From contig CDMY01000331.1 of assembly GCA_001179505.1 (NCBI GenBank), forward strand, positions 54,036-118,035: a DNA stretch of 64,000 bases, in the 5' to 3' direction. The notes beneath the pieces are model-generated. The model saw nothing but the letters and a program-made list of their open reading frames with translations. It was not told the origin of the DNA and made no database searches. The position numbers were made by a program, and so were the translations under genes. This DNA is from Vitrella brassicaformis CCMP3155 (lineage: Eukaryota; Protista; Chromerida). The first letter of the stretch is position 1. Every line of letters begins with the position of its first letter. This document shows, one piece after another, positions 47,640 through 60,622 of this stretch.

Positions 47640-48778
47640 TGTTATTGGGACACACGTATGGATACAAACGCTTCAATGTGCGCCCACATATAAGAAACGA
47701 TCCCCGCCCACCGGTATATTCCTCGAGTATGGATCTCCGCGGCGCCAGTCGCCTGACGAGGTCAAAGAGGTCCTGCGTCGGCCGCTTCACCGCATCAACC
47801 ACAAACAACGCCAAGTCAGCCGCCTCCTGAACAGCCCACAACACATCACACACAGCACCGTGCACAGACAGATATCTCCCGCTCTCCCTCCCTCTCTCTC
47901 TCTCCTTACGTATCCCCTCCATGCCGTGTTTGCCAGCTCTCGTGCAAATTTCCTCTGGTGAGAGGGCAAAATGCCCGGAGCGTCGATGAACACCAGCTGG
48001 GTGGAGGACGCCTCGTCAGTCACTATGCCGCGGATCTCACGACTGTAAGCAAAGCAGTGCAGACACACACAAGTGCATCCAGGATACCTGCACGCACCTC
48101 TCTCTCTCTGTCTGTGTGTGTGTGTGTCTGTGCATGGCGGACCGAGTCGTGTTGACTTTGGGCGAGACCGCCGCGATGCGATGTGGCAGGAATGCGTTCA
48201 GCAGAGATGTCTTGCCTGCAACCACCGAACCACACACGCGTAGATGGATGGTACACACACAGAGATGGCTTCTTCAGGGACCTGCATTTGGCAGTCCAAT
48301 GAGCGCCACTGTCAGCCCCTTAGGGTTCTCCGGCTGGCTGATTGTGTCCCACGTGTTGAACATGGCCTCGGTCGGCACCTGACCACGCAATATCATCGGA
48401 CCTGCCACACACACACACACACGCAGAGAGAGAGAGAGAGAGAGATGCACACGAATGCCACACATCTATGTGTGGCATCCATCCATGTGTACCTTTGTAA
48501 GTGGACCGTTGCGCATCTGCAGCAAACCCGCCTCCCTTCGCTGTTGCTGCTGTCGGCTTGTCCATTCCATCACCGCCCTCCTGTTGTCGAGCTTCCTCAG
48601 TCCCCCTTCTCCCAGCATTAGGCATCGGCCGCACCAGCTTGTATCTGTCCATGATAGAGAAGGCTCTCCTCTGTGCTGCTGAATGTGTGTGTGAGATGAC
48701 GGGCGGCCGGCTGAATGAGGGCGGAGGGGTGGGGATGGGCAGCAGGGCGGATGGGCGAATGGCTGCCTTGAAGGTCAT
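45742..48778 (-). CDS. era: Era-family GTPase (ERAL1-like) with a likely organellar targeting peptide, multi-exon
   Basis: G1 GLPNAG|KTS, G2 VSPKVNTTR, G3 VFIDAPG, ADLALFVVDA, G4 ILVLNKV|D, IFYVSA, GDGVDDLKAYL, KQVPYRIE, and a KH-like C-terminus RVHLFIHVKAR. The N-terminus is rich in S/R/P/A. Confidence 0.9.
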
Positions 48779-49239
48779 GCTGTTGTGAGCTTGGATGAGT
48801 GGCTGATGATAGATCTGCCTTCCATAGGCCCTCGCTGCTCACGCGCGGTGCCTAGAAGCCTCTCAGAGCTCGGAAATACCGATGACAAAAAGGCATCGGG
48901 CATCTGCGCGCTCAAAGAAACTGAGGCTGACGTGATTGGCTATGTCCATCCCTTAATGTCACATGTCACGTCCGACTTCTCACAAACACACAGCCTCAGC
49001 AACTGTCGGCTACTCACTCATTGCAAACTAACACCCATATTCATTGGCAATGACTGACTGACAGTCAGCCGAGCCGACAGACAACACAAACGAGACTGAC
49101 TCACCATCTCACCATCCACGGGCCGACCGTCTGGCAGCCATGACCCGCATCCCAAAAACAGCCGCAAGACAGAGAGATTGCAGAGGCTTCTCCCTTTCTC
49201 TGCATCTGTCTGTTTGTCTGCAGCCATTCGAAAATGCAG

Positions 49240-50525
49240 TCAGCCAGCCAGCCAGGAGAGACAGCAGGAAGCACAAAAAAAAAACAGCAGTGGCAGCCTC
49301 CTTCCCTCCCGACCTGACGCAATCAACCACATGCAGATCCACGGATTGATATCACACACAGTCAGACAGCCACGAGAGACCCACTCACTATCACAGTGCA
49401 CCAGCAGGAAATACCCCGACACACCCCGATACTGCAGCCACTGATGCAGTTTGCCATAGTGCCATCCAACACGCAGGTCGATGTCGGGTATCTCCTCTTC
49501 GGCCTGCCATTGAATGGGGGTGATGGGATACCAAGGGCTGCCGTCGGCATTCTTCTCTCCACGCCAGGTGCCGTCAGGGAATAGCGTACCGCTGTGGGCC
49601 AGGCCCTCTCGCCATTCGCCATCGAACCACAACACGGTACCCTCATAGTCATAGTATGCTTTCCCCTGGCCGTGTCGCTTGCCGTGCCGCCAGTCACCCT
49701 CATAGGTAGCCCTTCCTCCATCGTCGAGTGCCTTTCCACAACCGTGCCGCTTGCAATGCTCCCACTCGCCCCTGTAAATCACCCGGCAGTGTGAGTCGAA
49801 CTCCTCGCCGTGGCCACGGCCGTTAGTCCATTGACCCTTATAGACGACGTTGTCATGGTTGTCTCGCAGCGCCCCCTCGCCGTGTGGTCTGCCATCGAGT
49901 GTAGCACCATGATAGAAATGGCCCTCCCATAGCATGCCGATCGCCACGCCAGCTTCCTTCTTCTCCCCTCTGACCCACACACCCCTGTAGGTCACCTTGC
50001 CGTTGACGAACTCCTCACCGTGGCCGTGTCGCTTGCCATCCACGAAATCGCCCTCATAGACGGCTGTGCCTTGACTGAATTCAGTGCCCTTGCCGTGGTG
50101 CTTGCCGCTTTTCCACTCGCCCTCATAGCGCTTCCTCTCGCCGTCCAGCGACCGCAGCACTCCTGTTCCTTGAGGCACTCCGTTGACCACCGTGCCATAA
50201 TAGAGACCGCCGTAATGGACGATCGTGCGCGGAACGATGTGGTCATTCTGCGCCTGGCGCGCCCGCGTCTCCCTCAGCTCGTCCTCCGCTCTGTGTGCCC
50301 GCTCCAGTGCCTGATCTCTTTGCGCTTGAAGCTCCTCAATCCGCCTGTCGTACTGCTGCCGCTCTCTGTCCATTGACCGCCGAAGATCTGCATGAACGAA
50401 CAGACAGGCACACGCAGACACAATGAACAGACACACGGATGTCCCTCTGTTATTGTGTGCGAACCATTCATGATGTTCTCCAGCATCTCGGCCGAGATGG
50501 TGTGGCTTGACGCGGCGTCAGACAT
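49240..50525 (-). CDS. Coiled-coil + MORN protein; a 1-nt deletion at ~49407 replaces the normal PAGAL* end with a read-through extension
   Basis: MSDAASSHTISAEMLENIMN|DLRRSMDRERQQYDRR.., MORN repeats; tatttcctgctggt vs tatttccctgctggt in paralogs. Confidence 0.8.
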
Positions 50526-51129
50526 CTGCTTGACAGGGCAAAGTAAAGAAGGCGGCTCGTTCAGCAGAGATCGATGTTTGCAGTCAATAGAGGCTCACGT
50601 GGCCACGAAAAGACAGGCCAACAGCGGCGTTCGGGGATGGCAAAAAGGCACGGATCGCCGTGCGAGCTCACAAGAGGAAAGGAGAAGGAAACAGGAAGAA
50701 GGGCAGACGAATCTCACAATGTCATCATGCATACATCTACTAGACATTGTGTCTGTCTGGCGTGTCTGCGGCCGCTGAATGACGGCCTCTCGTGTCCATG
50801 TAGTGTGGGCGTTTACAGATAGCTTTTCTGTCATCAAATATATTACATGTATATGGCCGCGTTCCGGTCACCTGTGTCTTTCAGATGAGACCACATGAGA
50901 CCTAGTACATGAACGGATGAATGGATCGTCACCGAACGTGCAGGATCCGCAACGAAAAACAGCACAGACATATATCGATGTCAGCCAAGACACACAGAGC
51001 ACGCACATCCACATGATGTCAGGACAGAGTACACGGCACATCGCATCAGATCAGGGAGAGACACAAACGGCATTAAACACACGACACCCGAGACACAACA
51101 TACAAATCGGTCGCTACGAAGCATCCCCA

Positions 51130-54064
51130 CTACTCAGAGACAGGCCTCTCTCTCCTAAAGACGACTGACCTATCGCCCTCCACGCTCACGTGGCCACGAA
51201 AACCCAGGCCCTCCACACGACCCACGAGATCATCTCTACTACACTTGATCCCGCCGGCCATCGTCAGGACAACACGCTCGACTGATGGAAATCGCGTCAA
51301 GAGAGACCATGCATTGCGGGAGAAAGGGAAGAAACGCAAAAACAGCAACTGGAACGCAGGCGTCATAAGCTGGTCGGGCTGCTCACGACACACGTGCAGA
51401 CACACCCTCACTGACCTAACCCTGGCTTTCACAACTGCCTCGAGCTCGTGTGACTCCTCTTCTACAGTCTGCCATTGAAAATCGGGTACGAAGGACATTC
51501 CGCGACATCCGCTCAGAGGCACAACCACGAACACGTCCAGAGGCCCGCCCTCGACAGCACAGTGCTTCAGCCCCGCCCACACCAACGGCACGACCGGACG
51601 CGGCCAATTCGTAGTCGTGATCGGCCGACGCATGAAACCGACCCGGGCCAGTTTCGGCAGCCGGCTGATGACCTTGTCTACCCCTCCCCCATAGAGCGAC
51701 ACGCCCATCGGCCCACCCCTGTGGTCTATGAGAAGCGTCTTGACCGTACCGAAATGGGCGCTCTCGGTGATCCAAACCGGCAGCGGATGGCGGGGGTCAT
51801 GCTCCGTCATGCCCTCCGGAAATGTGACGTAGAGGTCAGCCGCTTGCTTGAAGGAGAGGCCGTAGAGCTCGCTCGCGCCAGTCGCATGGGCGTTGAGGAA
51901 ATAAGGGGAGAGGAACACACGTATGGCACTCGCCGCCGAGAAGTGCAGGGTCTCTCGAGTGCCAGCGAGCTGCTCTGGCTTGCCGATCAGCGGCAATTGG
52001 ATCTGAACGGGGGCGGGGCGCTCGGATGTTGCTCGCCGGACGAGGCGAAGGCGTCCACTGTCCATCGCTAGCGTGTGGTACAGCTCCTTCGCGCCCTTAG
52101 CCAGCCACGTGTCTCGGAACTCGTGCAGCTTCTACAAGAACACATATCCACATCAAGATGCAAACCCGTGTTACAGTATGTAGCCATATGGCGCTTTCCC
52201 ACCTGCACGCTGTTCGCATGAGTGAGTATCGCCCCAATCGCAACCTCCAGGCACTCGAGGCCGCTGAGGTCGGGAGCCTCTGGGTACATGTTGAGAGTGA
52301 TGGCCCCGGTGAGTGACTTGATGGTGGCCTGAGAGGGCGTCCCCAGCAGCGAATGGACGACGGTCTCAAGCGGCGTGTACACGGGCTGACCATCAGCTGA
52401 CACCTGATAAGAAAACGACACGCACCGTCCATCTAACTATGGCCGCATTACCCTCTAGCACCCACCTGGTTGAGGAGATGGAGTGACCGCAGGCCGCCAG
52501 TCAACCCCTTGAGCATCGTCAGCCCCCCGTGTGCAGGCCACTCGACGCTCAGATGGGTCAGGGCGGGCATCTCATACACCTGCTTCCTATCGATCTGTCT
52601 CTGCATCACGCCCAGCCACTCTCGCGTCAGAACGGCCTTGACGAGCCGCGGGAAACTCAAAGTACTGCGCTCGGCGATCGAAATGCACTGTATCGTGCGG
52701 TCGGCGGCCGAGTCGACGGTGGTCCCGGTGACGTTTGGAGCGGCGGCCTCGAGCAGGGCGACGGTGACGGCCCGCGACACGATATCACCACAGCTTCTGC
52801 GGTCGGCCGTTGTGTCGACAATGACCTCAGTGACGCTTGCAGCGGCAGCCTCGAGCAGTTGTCTGCCCAGAGGATACGTACCGCTCTTGATCAACACACG
52901 AATGCTGTTCGTGCGGGAAAGCACCTCTGAAGGATCCACCAAGACACACAGACAAGTGACCGGCAATGAGTCGACTGCCGTGCTGTGTTGTGCTCTTCTC
53001 ACCTTTCCACTTCTTATGGACCGCTTGGGGGGCGCGCGTGTGACGTTTGGTGCTTTCGAGCAGCAGGATGGGATGCATCTTGGGGTTATCGACGATCGAC
53101 GCGATCGCCGTGCTGACCCCCGAGAGGGACTTGACGCACTCGACGAAGCCCAGATAACCACCTGCAGACCAAGCCAGACAGACAGACAGACAGACAGGTG
53201 AGGCGACTGAGATGGCTTCTTCTCTTTGCGTTCTTACCGATGCCGGTGCGATCGGTGTCGCTCAGCCACAGCACCTCGAGAATGCCCTCGAAACGACTGT
53301 TTCCGCCCAGTCCCACCACCGTTGGAGCTGAACAACACACAGACAAACAAACAGACAGACAGACAGACAGACGCACAAGGCGAATGTACGCCCTCACCTT
53401 CTGTCGTGGTGTGGCAAGGTGTGTTTCTCAGGAGGTCTCACTTGGTGGCGTGTTCGACACGCAGTATGGCTGAATGAATTTCTAGATCACCTGTAGCCAA
53501 CAATCTGCACGAAACCCCGACACAGAAACCAGCCGGAATGCAGAATGACGCACACACTTACAGCCTATGTCGAATCCTCACCTGTCGACATGTAATAGTG
53601 TTGTGTGATGAAGTCATCAGCCGCCCTCCCGTGTGTGCCGCACACACGACACACCGTCCGCCTCTCGCCACTGAAGACACACACAAAACAATAACGTACA
53701 CCAACCTGTGACAGAAATCAGAGATCTCTGCCAACCTGTTGTCGAAATGGAATCTCCGGTCACCGACAAACAGATTCCCCGGTTCTCTCACGACCTCCTC
53801 GGTGACATCGGCGTGCGGGAAAGCCCACACGGTCTCACAGACGCTGTCCACCAGCAGACAGTCAGCGGGCAACACAGGAGGGTTCAGAGGCCGCTGTGTC
53901 GATCGGAAGAACGGCGAACATTCCTCTTGTCGGTTGAGGAAGGCCTGCTCGCTGATATGGAGGGGGAGGGCGGGAAGGGAGCAGATGAAGATTACCTCAT
54001 CGTTGCCAAGATCTTCATCGGCATCGACCACACGGCGCTTCTTCCTCCTCTGCGGCGAGGTCAT
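51130..54064 (-). CDS. Lineage-specific multi-exon gene (family XY), copy 3, lacking the middle exons present in copies 1 and 2
   Basis: MTSPQRRKKRR..LPALPLHISEQAFL; the CRVCGTH exon is followed directly by the EGILEVLWLSD exon; terminal exon 51130-52133 is paralogous to 40578-41587. Confidence 0.65.
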
Positions 54065-54438
54065 GGCAGGACCACTCCCTTTCCCTGGAGGGAGTCGACT
54101 TTTTTGCGAGCTCAACTTGGGGGAGGGGTTCGACAGGAGATCTAGGTGGGATCCCACCCTCTGTCATTCGGTGCTTCGCCTCCCATCAGTCGGAACAAGA
54201 AACGACTTCCATCCCATTTTTCGGTAAGAACACCTTGGAAGCCATATGATTTGCTTTCATCATGATGCTGTCAGGGGTCTCCAGCTGAAAGCGCTCCATT
54301 TTCTCGTCTCTTGATGACGCCCAGGTAGGTCACAATCGACACCGGCCAATCCGTCCGTGAGTGGCTGCGTGATTTGCTCTTGTGATGCTATCTGCCTGTC
54401 TGTCCGTCTGTCTGTCTGTCCTCCAGTGAGTGCACGCC

Positions 54439-55870
54439 ATGACTGACCGGCCGCTACCATCAGATGTCCCATCGGCCCTCCACTCGGTGACAGTAGAGGC
54501 ACTCCTTCGTCTCGACGGTGAGTGACAACTTGAAGGGAGAAAGACACACATTCACAACCAGTGCACGAAGAAAACGGGCCATCGTGTGTTCTCCCTTGTA
54601 TGCAGAGCTTCGTCGTTCGACGGAGGGAGAGCAGCAGCAATACAAAAAGCGAATTTTTGAGCTCGAGACACAAAGGGACGACTACAGACGTGAGCGAGAC
54701 GAAGCTCTTGACCGGGCACGGCGAGCGGAAGAAGAGCTGCGAGAGTTGCGGGCGCCCGGCCATGCGCAGAACGACAACTCGACTGTCGGCACGATTGCTC
54801 ATCAGGGCGGTCTGTATCATGGCCCTTTGGCGAATGGAGTGCCGGACGGGAGAGGAGTGCTCGTGGCTGTGCTACACGCGACGGACGGCGAGACCAAGAT
54901 ATACGGGGGAGAGTGGAGGGGCGGCGAGCGTCACGGCAAGGGGGCGGAGTTCGCAACCTGTCAGATCAAGCGAAAGAAGAAGACATGTCTCGTGTATGAG
55001 GGCGACTTCGCGGACGGCAAGCGAGATGGCAAGGACACAGAATATGCATCAGACGGTCAGAAGATGGTGAACATCTACGAGGGTGGGTGGAAGAACGGCA
55101 TGCGACGCGGCCACGGCAAGTCCACGAGCACGCCGGGTCGCCACTGTGGCCGTCGCTTTGGCGAGACAGTGTACGAGGGTCAGAGGGCAGATGGCGAGAT
55201 GAAGGGAGACGGCCGCATTACCAACCTGAACCTTTGCGATGACAAGGGAGACTGTTTAGGGCAGTACACAGGCCCCACACTCGACGGCAAACCACACGGC
55301 GAGGGGAAAGTGCGCCACTGCGGTGGCGTTGTCTACGACGGCGGATGGAAGGAGGGAAAGCAGCACGGCCAGGGGGAGGAGCGCACTATGTTTTCTGAAG
55401 GAGTGAGCTACAATGGTGAGTGGGTCGAAGGAGACAAGAAGGGAGCCGGCGTGGCGACGGGCATGCTATGGGAGTGTGGCTTATATTATGGTGAGACACT
55501 CGACGGCAAGCCACACGGCCAGGGCGAGCTCCGAGACTACCGAAACAAGGAACTGGTCGTATACTCCGGCGAATGGAGGGACGGCGAGAGGCACGGCCAA
55601 GGGAAGGCATCCGCTCCTTTCGCCCGTTCTCCGGTGTGGTTTGAAGGGGAGTGGAGAGAGAACCTCATACATAAGGGAACGCTCTTCCCTGAGGGGGTCT
55701 GGTTCTCAGTGACGAGGCCTGGTGAGACCCCTACATGGCCCATCAAGGCCATTCAATGGCAAGAGGGGCAGCAGATAGCTGACATGGATGTGGGGGGTAA
55801 GACAAGGTTGTGGCAGGTCCTGAAGGATCGGGGCACGGCAGAGTATCTTCCTGCTGGTACACTGGTGTAG
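54439..55870 (+). CDS. Coiled-coil + MORN protein, the longest repeat array (exons 54439-54517, 54606-55870)
   Basis: Phase-1 intron at the family-conserved position; MORN repeats; conserved C-terminal tail (WFEGEW..GTLFPEG..IQWQEGQ..RGTAEYLPAGTL). Confidence 0.88.
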
Positions 55871-56236
55871 CCGGTGTCTCGTGTATCGTGTCTCGATGTG
55901 TGTCGGAGCTGACAGGATGGCGATTGATATCCGTTGGTCTGTCAATGTGGCTCTGTCGCTGTCTGGATCTCCACAAGGCGGCTTTGATAAGAATGAAGGT
56001 CTTCCCTTTTTTGGAGCTCACATGTCATGTACATGAGATGAAGTGACAATCTGATTGCTCCAACAATGAGACTCGATTCTCTTAGTGTGTCGATTCGATT
56101 AAGGACATGCCTCTCGTCCATGTCTGCACAGATGTCTCGCACACGGCCTTGCCATGCGCGTTAAGTCGGAGACACAAACTTACTGAGATATAAAATGTAG
56201 ACAGCGATTGCATGCCTCGCTCAAGCTCGAGCAAAG

Positions 56237-57933
56237 CTAGTTGATCGCTGCAGGACACAGACGGGCAGACAGGCAGGCGGGTTCTGTCGGCATCACCTTC
56301 ACCACGACAGGCCGATGTCGCCTCAGCTCGTGAAGCCGCCTCACCACGCTCTCGAAAGGGAGACGCGCCCAAGGATCCTCCTGCATCGCTGCCCATGCCA
56401 CCTCCATCAGCCAGCCGAGGGTGAGGTCGTCTCGCTCGAGGAGAGTGTGCCTGGCATGCCGTCGGGCAGGAAGATCGATTGGGCTCTTGTGTTCCAACAT
56501 AGTGCGCCCATCCAGCTCGTCCCTGATTTTCCTTTTCTGGTATGCTGCCTCCAGCTCTTCGTCGATTGCCCCGGCGATCCTCCTCTCCTCCCTCTCCTGC
56601 TGCCAAATCTCGCGCAAATCGCGGTCACAGAGCGCCACATAGGACGTCCCCGAGACGAAATGGCAGAGCAGCTGGCCGACGAGCAAAAGTGATCAAGGTG
56701 TCATCCAGCTGCAGCACCCGTATCGGCGTGCCGTCCATGTCTTCCACCCTCAGCACCCCTCTCCCTTGCAGCCTCTCCATGTACTGCCTGTGGAGGGACT
56801 ACCACACGCATCCCGTGGACATTGTCTTGAAAGTCAGTCGCGGCCCCGTGACGACTTCCTTTATCTCCTCGATCTTCTCGTCGTTGTCATCATCGTCGCA
56901 GCCATCGAAGTAAGCCACCGCCGTCTCGGGCGCGATGTAGCCCCACGGATAAGCGGCGACCTTTCCCTTCCTGAGCTGCCGCTCGTTGTCGAGTGGCAGG
57001 CGGACGATTGTCTTGACCTCGTCAGTTTCTCCCACCAGCATGTTGCCACAATCGATAAAAGTGGCGCCCTCGCAAGGCAGGATGGGCGGGAGAGGGGAGG
57101 GGAGTGGCGCGGGTGGCAGTGGCGATGCATTGACGTGGTCAGTCTCCTCCAGCCCGTGCATCAAAACGTCCCTCTTCGACAGGACATCGTTGCACACATT
57201 GTCCAGCCCCAGGCGCTTCATCGAGTGTGCCGCGGAGAGGTGGGCGTGGGCGAAGTAGTAGATGCCGCGGAGGCCAATCACGACGTCATGCTCTACGGCT
57301 GCCTGGGCTGTGGGCGAGAGCGGAAGGGGATGGCAACGGGAGATCTGTCCGAAATTGTACCAGTGAATATGGTCGTGGATGTCCACGTACGTGGATCTCG
57401 AATAAGGCTGGCCAACTGCAAAGATGCAGAGAGGGAGATAAGCCGTGCAGGCCTCTTTCTTCCTCCCTTACTGCTCAGCCATGAGAGGACGAGGACGAGA
57501 CGGTCCTCAGCCGTTTCGGGCTCGTCCTCAGCAACGGTGGTGCCGTCTTTGGTGCTTCGATAGCAAAGGTACTTCACGAATGGCCAGGCGCTAGGAGGCA
57601 GGGTGCCGGCCGCTTCTGCTTCTGCTTCTTTCTTGGCTGCAGCTGCGAGGCCCTTTTTTCGACGATCAGGGCGACGGCGACGGCATCGTGGCTCTCGCCG
57701 TCTTCTGCCGTGTAGGTGCTTCGGTAGAGGCTCGAGAAGTTGCTCTGTCTGATCTTGGCCACGGCGAATTGCTTCTCCAGATCTGTCTTCTCAGCTCCTA
57801 CACGGAAAATGCGTTCCCTATCAGCTGAAGCACATGTGCTGCTAAGCTCTGTCAGTTGCTTCCTCTTCTTACCATTCAATTCGCTGCTGGTCTCTGCTCT
57901 TCCGTGGCCTGCCATGGGACAGTGGATTCCCAA
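56237..57933 (-). pseudogene. Highly divergent protein-kinase-like (pseudokinase) gene broken by frameshifts and a stop
   Basis: Ordered motifs IRQSNFSSLYRS (G-loop-like), VAVAL (VAxK Lys lost), NDVLSKRDVL, FIDCG (DFG-like), WGYIAPE, LLVGQLL, MQEDPWARLPFESVVRRL (subdomain XI-like). In-frame TAG at 56799-56801 and a frameshift at the A4 run 56685-56688. Confidence 0.6.
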
Positions 57934-58891
57934 GCACTCGCAAATGCATCCGATTCACACGGAAAACGCGTTCCCTATGTTATAAGCAATGCACACGTTT
58001 TCATTGGTTGTTTTTGTTGCCTTTTATCAATGCGCCGACTCCCTCTCACCTCTGAAACGGCGCAGAAGTTGCCGGCCGCGTCAGTGGCCCGACAAAAAGA
58101 AGATGAGAGACGAATTCGTTTTGTGTTGCCATTTCTTCCCCGATTGTGATGTCCATGAACACACGGGGGTTCGTCGGGTGTGACGGGGCGCCCGGTGTCT
58201 ATTCAGACGAGATGTACAGGGCAGACACGTGCATAACGGCCCGTCAAATCCATCCTCTCATTACCTGTCGCTTGGCCTCCTGAACAAACTCGCTAACGGC
58301 GTCCGCGCCTCAGGGTTGGGAACCGAACAGCTCCGAGAATAGAACAGCTTCAGTCAGGAGCACACAGGCTGACTGGAGCTTCGGAAGAGGAATGGCGTCT
58401 TCTTTTTAATCTGTAATCTGGCCGTCTCGTAAATCCGTCTCGCGGCGAGAATTGCCCCCATTGCATGCGAGTCTGGAAAAAGTCCGTTTGCGCTGTTACA
58501 CTTCAACTGGATTCGCCAACTCACGAATGTGTTGCTTAGATAAGATGACATCGAATTGACCAGTCCACAGACCATCATGTCAAAGACCGGAAAAGACCCA
58601 TCAAACCATCCATGAGCTCAGAAAACGCGTGTATGTCTGTCCAGATCTCCGTCGCTATCTCTCTGGGGTATGAACCATCAACTTGAATGGGATCAGCCTT
58701 ATGACGTCACGCACACGATGCTTCGCAGGGGCACTACCCACCATACCACACTACTATGTGTGTATCCCCCTGACGCCCAGGAAGGAGGCCATCCCACCAA
58801 CAGATGAACCAGTGCATGTGTGTGTGTACTCAATTGATGTGTGAGTGTGTGTGTGGCAGTCATCTTTTCATGCCCGCGACACTCACCGCAC

Positions 58892-58926
<35 letters not shown>

Positions 58927-59186
58927 GAATATTAACAACACGAGTGCATCTTAGGGCTCACCGCCCCCAACCAGTGGCATTCCGCCGACCCCGCCCCTAT
59001 TCACACTGACTGCAAAGCCACACAACATCAAAGACACGACATACTGAAAGACAGACAGACGTCATGTGATTGACTGTACAAACAACTTGGGCACAGTAAG
59101 ACACACAGACAGCGAGACTAGCGCCGTCCCCTCTCACACGAACAAACAACGACACACGAGCCACAGTGTCTGAATGAGTTGGACAC

Positions 59187-59949
59187 CTAATGCCGACGGC
59201 CTGAAGACCACACACACATGGAAACATTGGATGGACACGGTCCATAGGTCTGTCTGTCTGCCCACTGTGTCTGTCGTCGCTTACATTTGCCGTATTTGTG
59301 GTCGTGATGTTTCTTCCAGCAGTAATGGCCACGCTTGCAATCATGATCCTTCTTGCACCGATGGTCGTCATGGTGGTCGTCATGGTGGTCGTCACGGTGG
59401 CCCCTCTCCTTGCCTAAATCACACACCACACACAGAAGGGATGACGCCCACATTGCCCCCTCTGTGTGTCTGTGTCAGTGTGCGGCTCACATTTGCCATT
59501 CGAGCACCAATGTGAGTGGCAGTCGTTGTCATATCGACAGCCGCGGCCAATGTCATTCAGATCGCCGCCCTTACGGCACTGGCCATTCACACAGCTGCAC
59601 ACACACACACACACACACATCAACACACACATCGCCATGGCCCTCCCTCTTTTTCCTACTTGTGTGAGCAGCAGTGTGAGGTCTTCTTGCACTGTTGCTT
59701 TGAGTAAGAGGCAATGCACGACTGCAAACCCCGCAGACCGCCAGACGACACCAACGGCTCGTCGCCATCCTCATCGCTCAGCAGCAGCTGGTCGTCCACA
59801 GTCGTCAGGCCATCGTCGTCATCAGCGGCAGGGGGGCCAGTCGGGAGGGCCTCGTCGGCGGCCATGGCCACGGCGGCCGAGGGCATCCACACGGCCACCA
59901 GCAGCAGAGAGGCCGCAAGCAGGACCGTCAGGCGGGAGATGAGAGCCAT
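59187..59949 (-). CDS. Secreted Cys/His-rich prepropeptide, copy 1 (exons 59949-59660, 59594-59491, 59413-59285, 59200-59187; 178 aa)
   Basis: Signal peptide MALISRLTVLLAASLLLVAVWMPSAAVA; acidic pro-region ending GGLRGLQ; 14 Cys in three modules; DDHH repeats. The exon phases sum to 537 nt. Confidence 0.85.
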
Positions 59950-60622
59950 AGCTGACGGGCAATTGAGAGGACGGGCAGTCAGTCGCACTGCGGCTGGGTG
60001 AGGGCCAGATGGGATACTCCGGTGGCTAACAGGCGCTGAGAGATGGGAAGCCGCTGGTCGGTCGAATTAAGTGAGATGAGCGGATAGGGAACTGGGGAGG
60101 GCAGATCCAGGTGAGGTCCTTTGCAGTCCTTTACGTACAGCGGTGAGAGAGGGGAGAGAGTGGAGAGTGAAGAGAGCGCAGGGTTTCGGGTCTGGGGTTG
60201 GGTTTGTCAAGCTCGCATCTTTCGGCCTTCACGAAGTGAAACCGCTGCTGCTCGGCCTGCACGAAGAGGGTGCAGAGAAGCACTTTCAAGGTGAGCCCCA
60301 CCCGACACCGACCGTATCTGACTCATTGCCCTCTCAGTCACTGTGCTCGTCTTTGCCTTCAGTGGCCTCTGCCATTCGCAGTCTCATTCATCCTGTCGGT
60401 GGGGGATCGTCCGCTCGATAGATCTCGCAGCGTTTCTTCTCTTTTGACGGTGATCTGCTCCTCAGGGGAACCATCCTCTGCTCTGCGTCCGTGATTTCTG
60501 AGCGAAGGGCCCGTCAAGGTAGGCCTCAACGTCTGCGAATGCTGCCCACCTCCTATCCATCAGTTGCTGCACGATTCCCTGTGTTGTCACACTGTCTGCC
60601 TCTCAGGTACTGAGTGCACGCC

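Noticed and set aside
59720-59745. PEXEL-like export motif in RGLQS
   Set aside because: The fifth residue is S rather than E/Q/D and the motif lies far from the signal peptide; only a generic RxL processing site is suggested.
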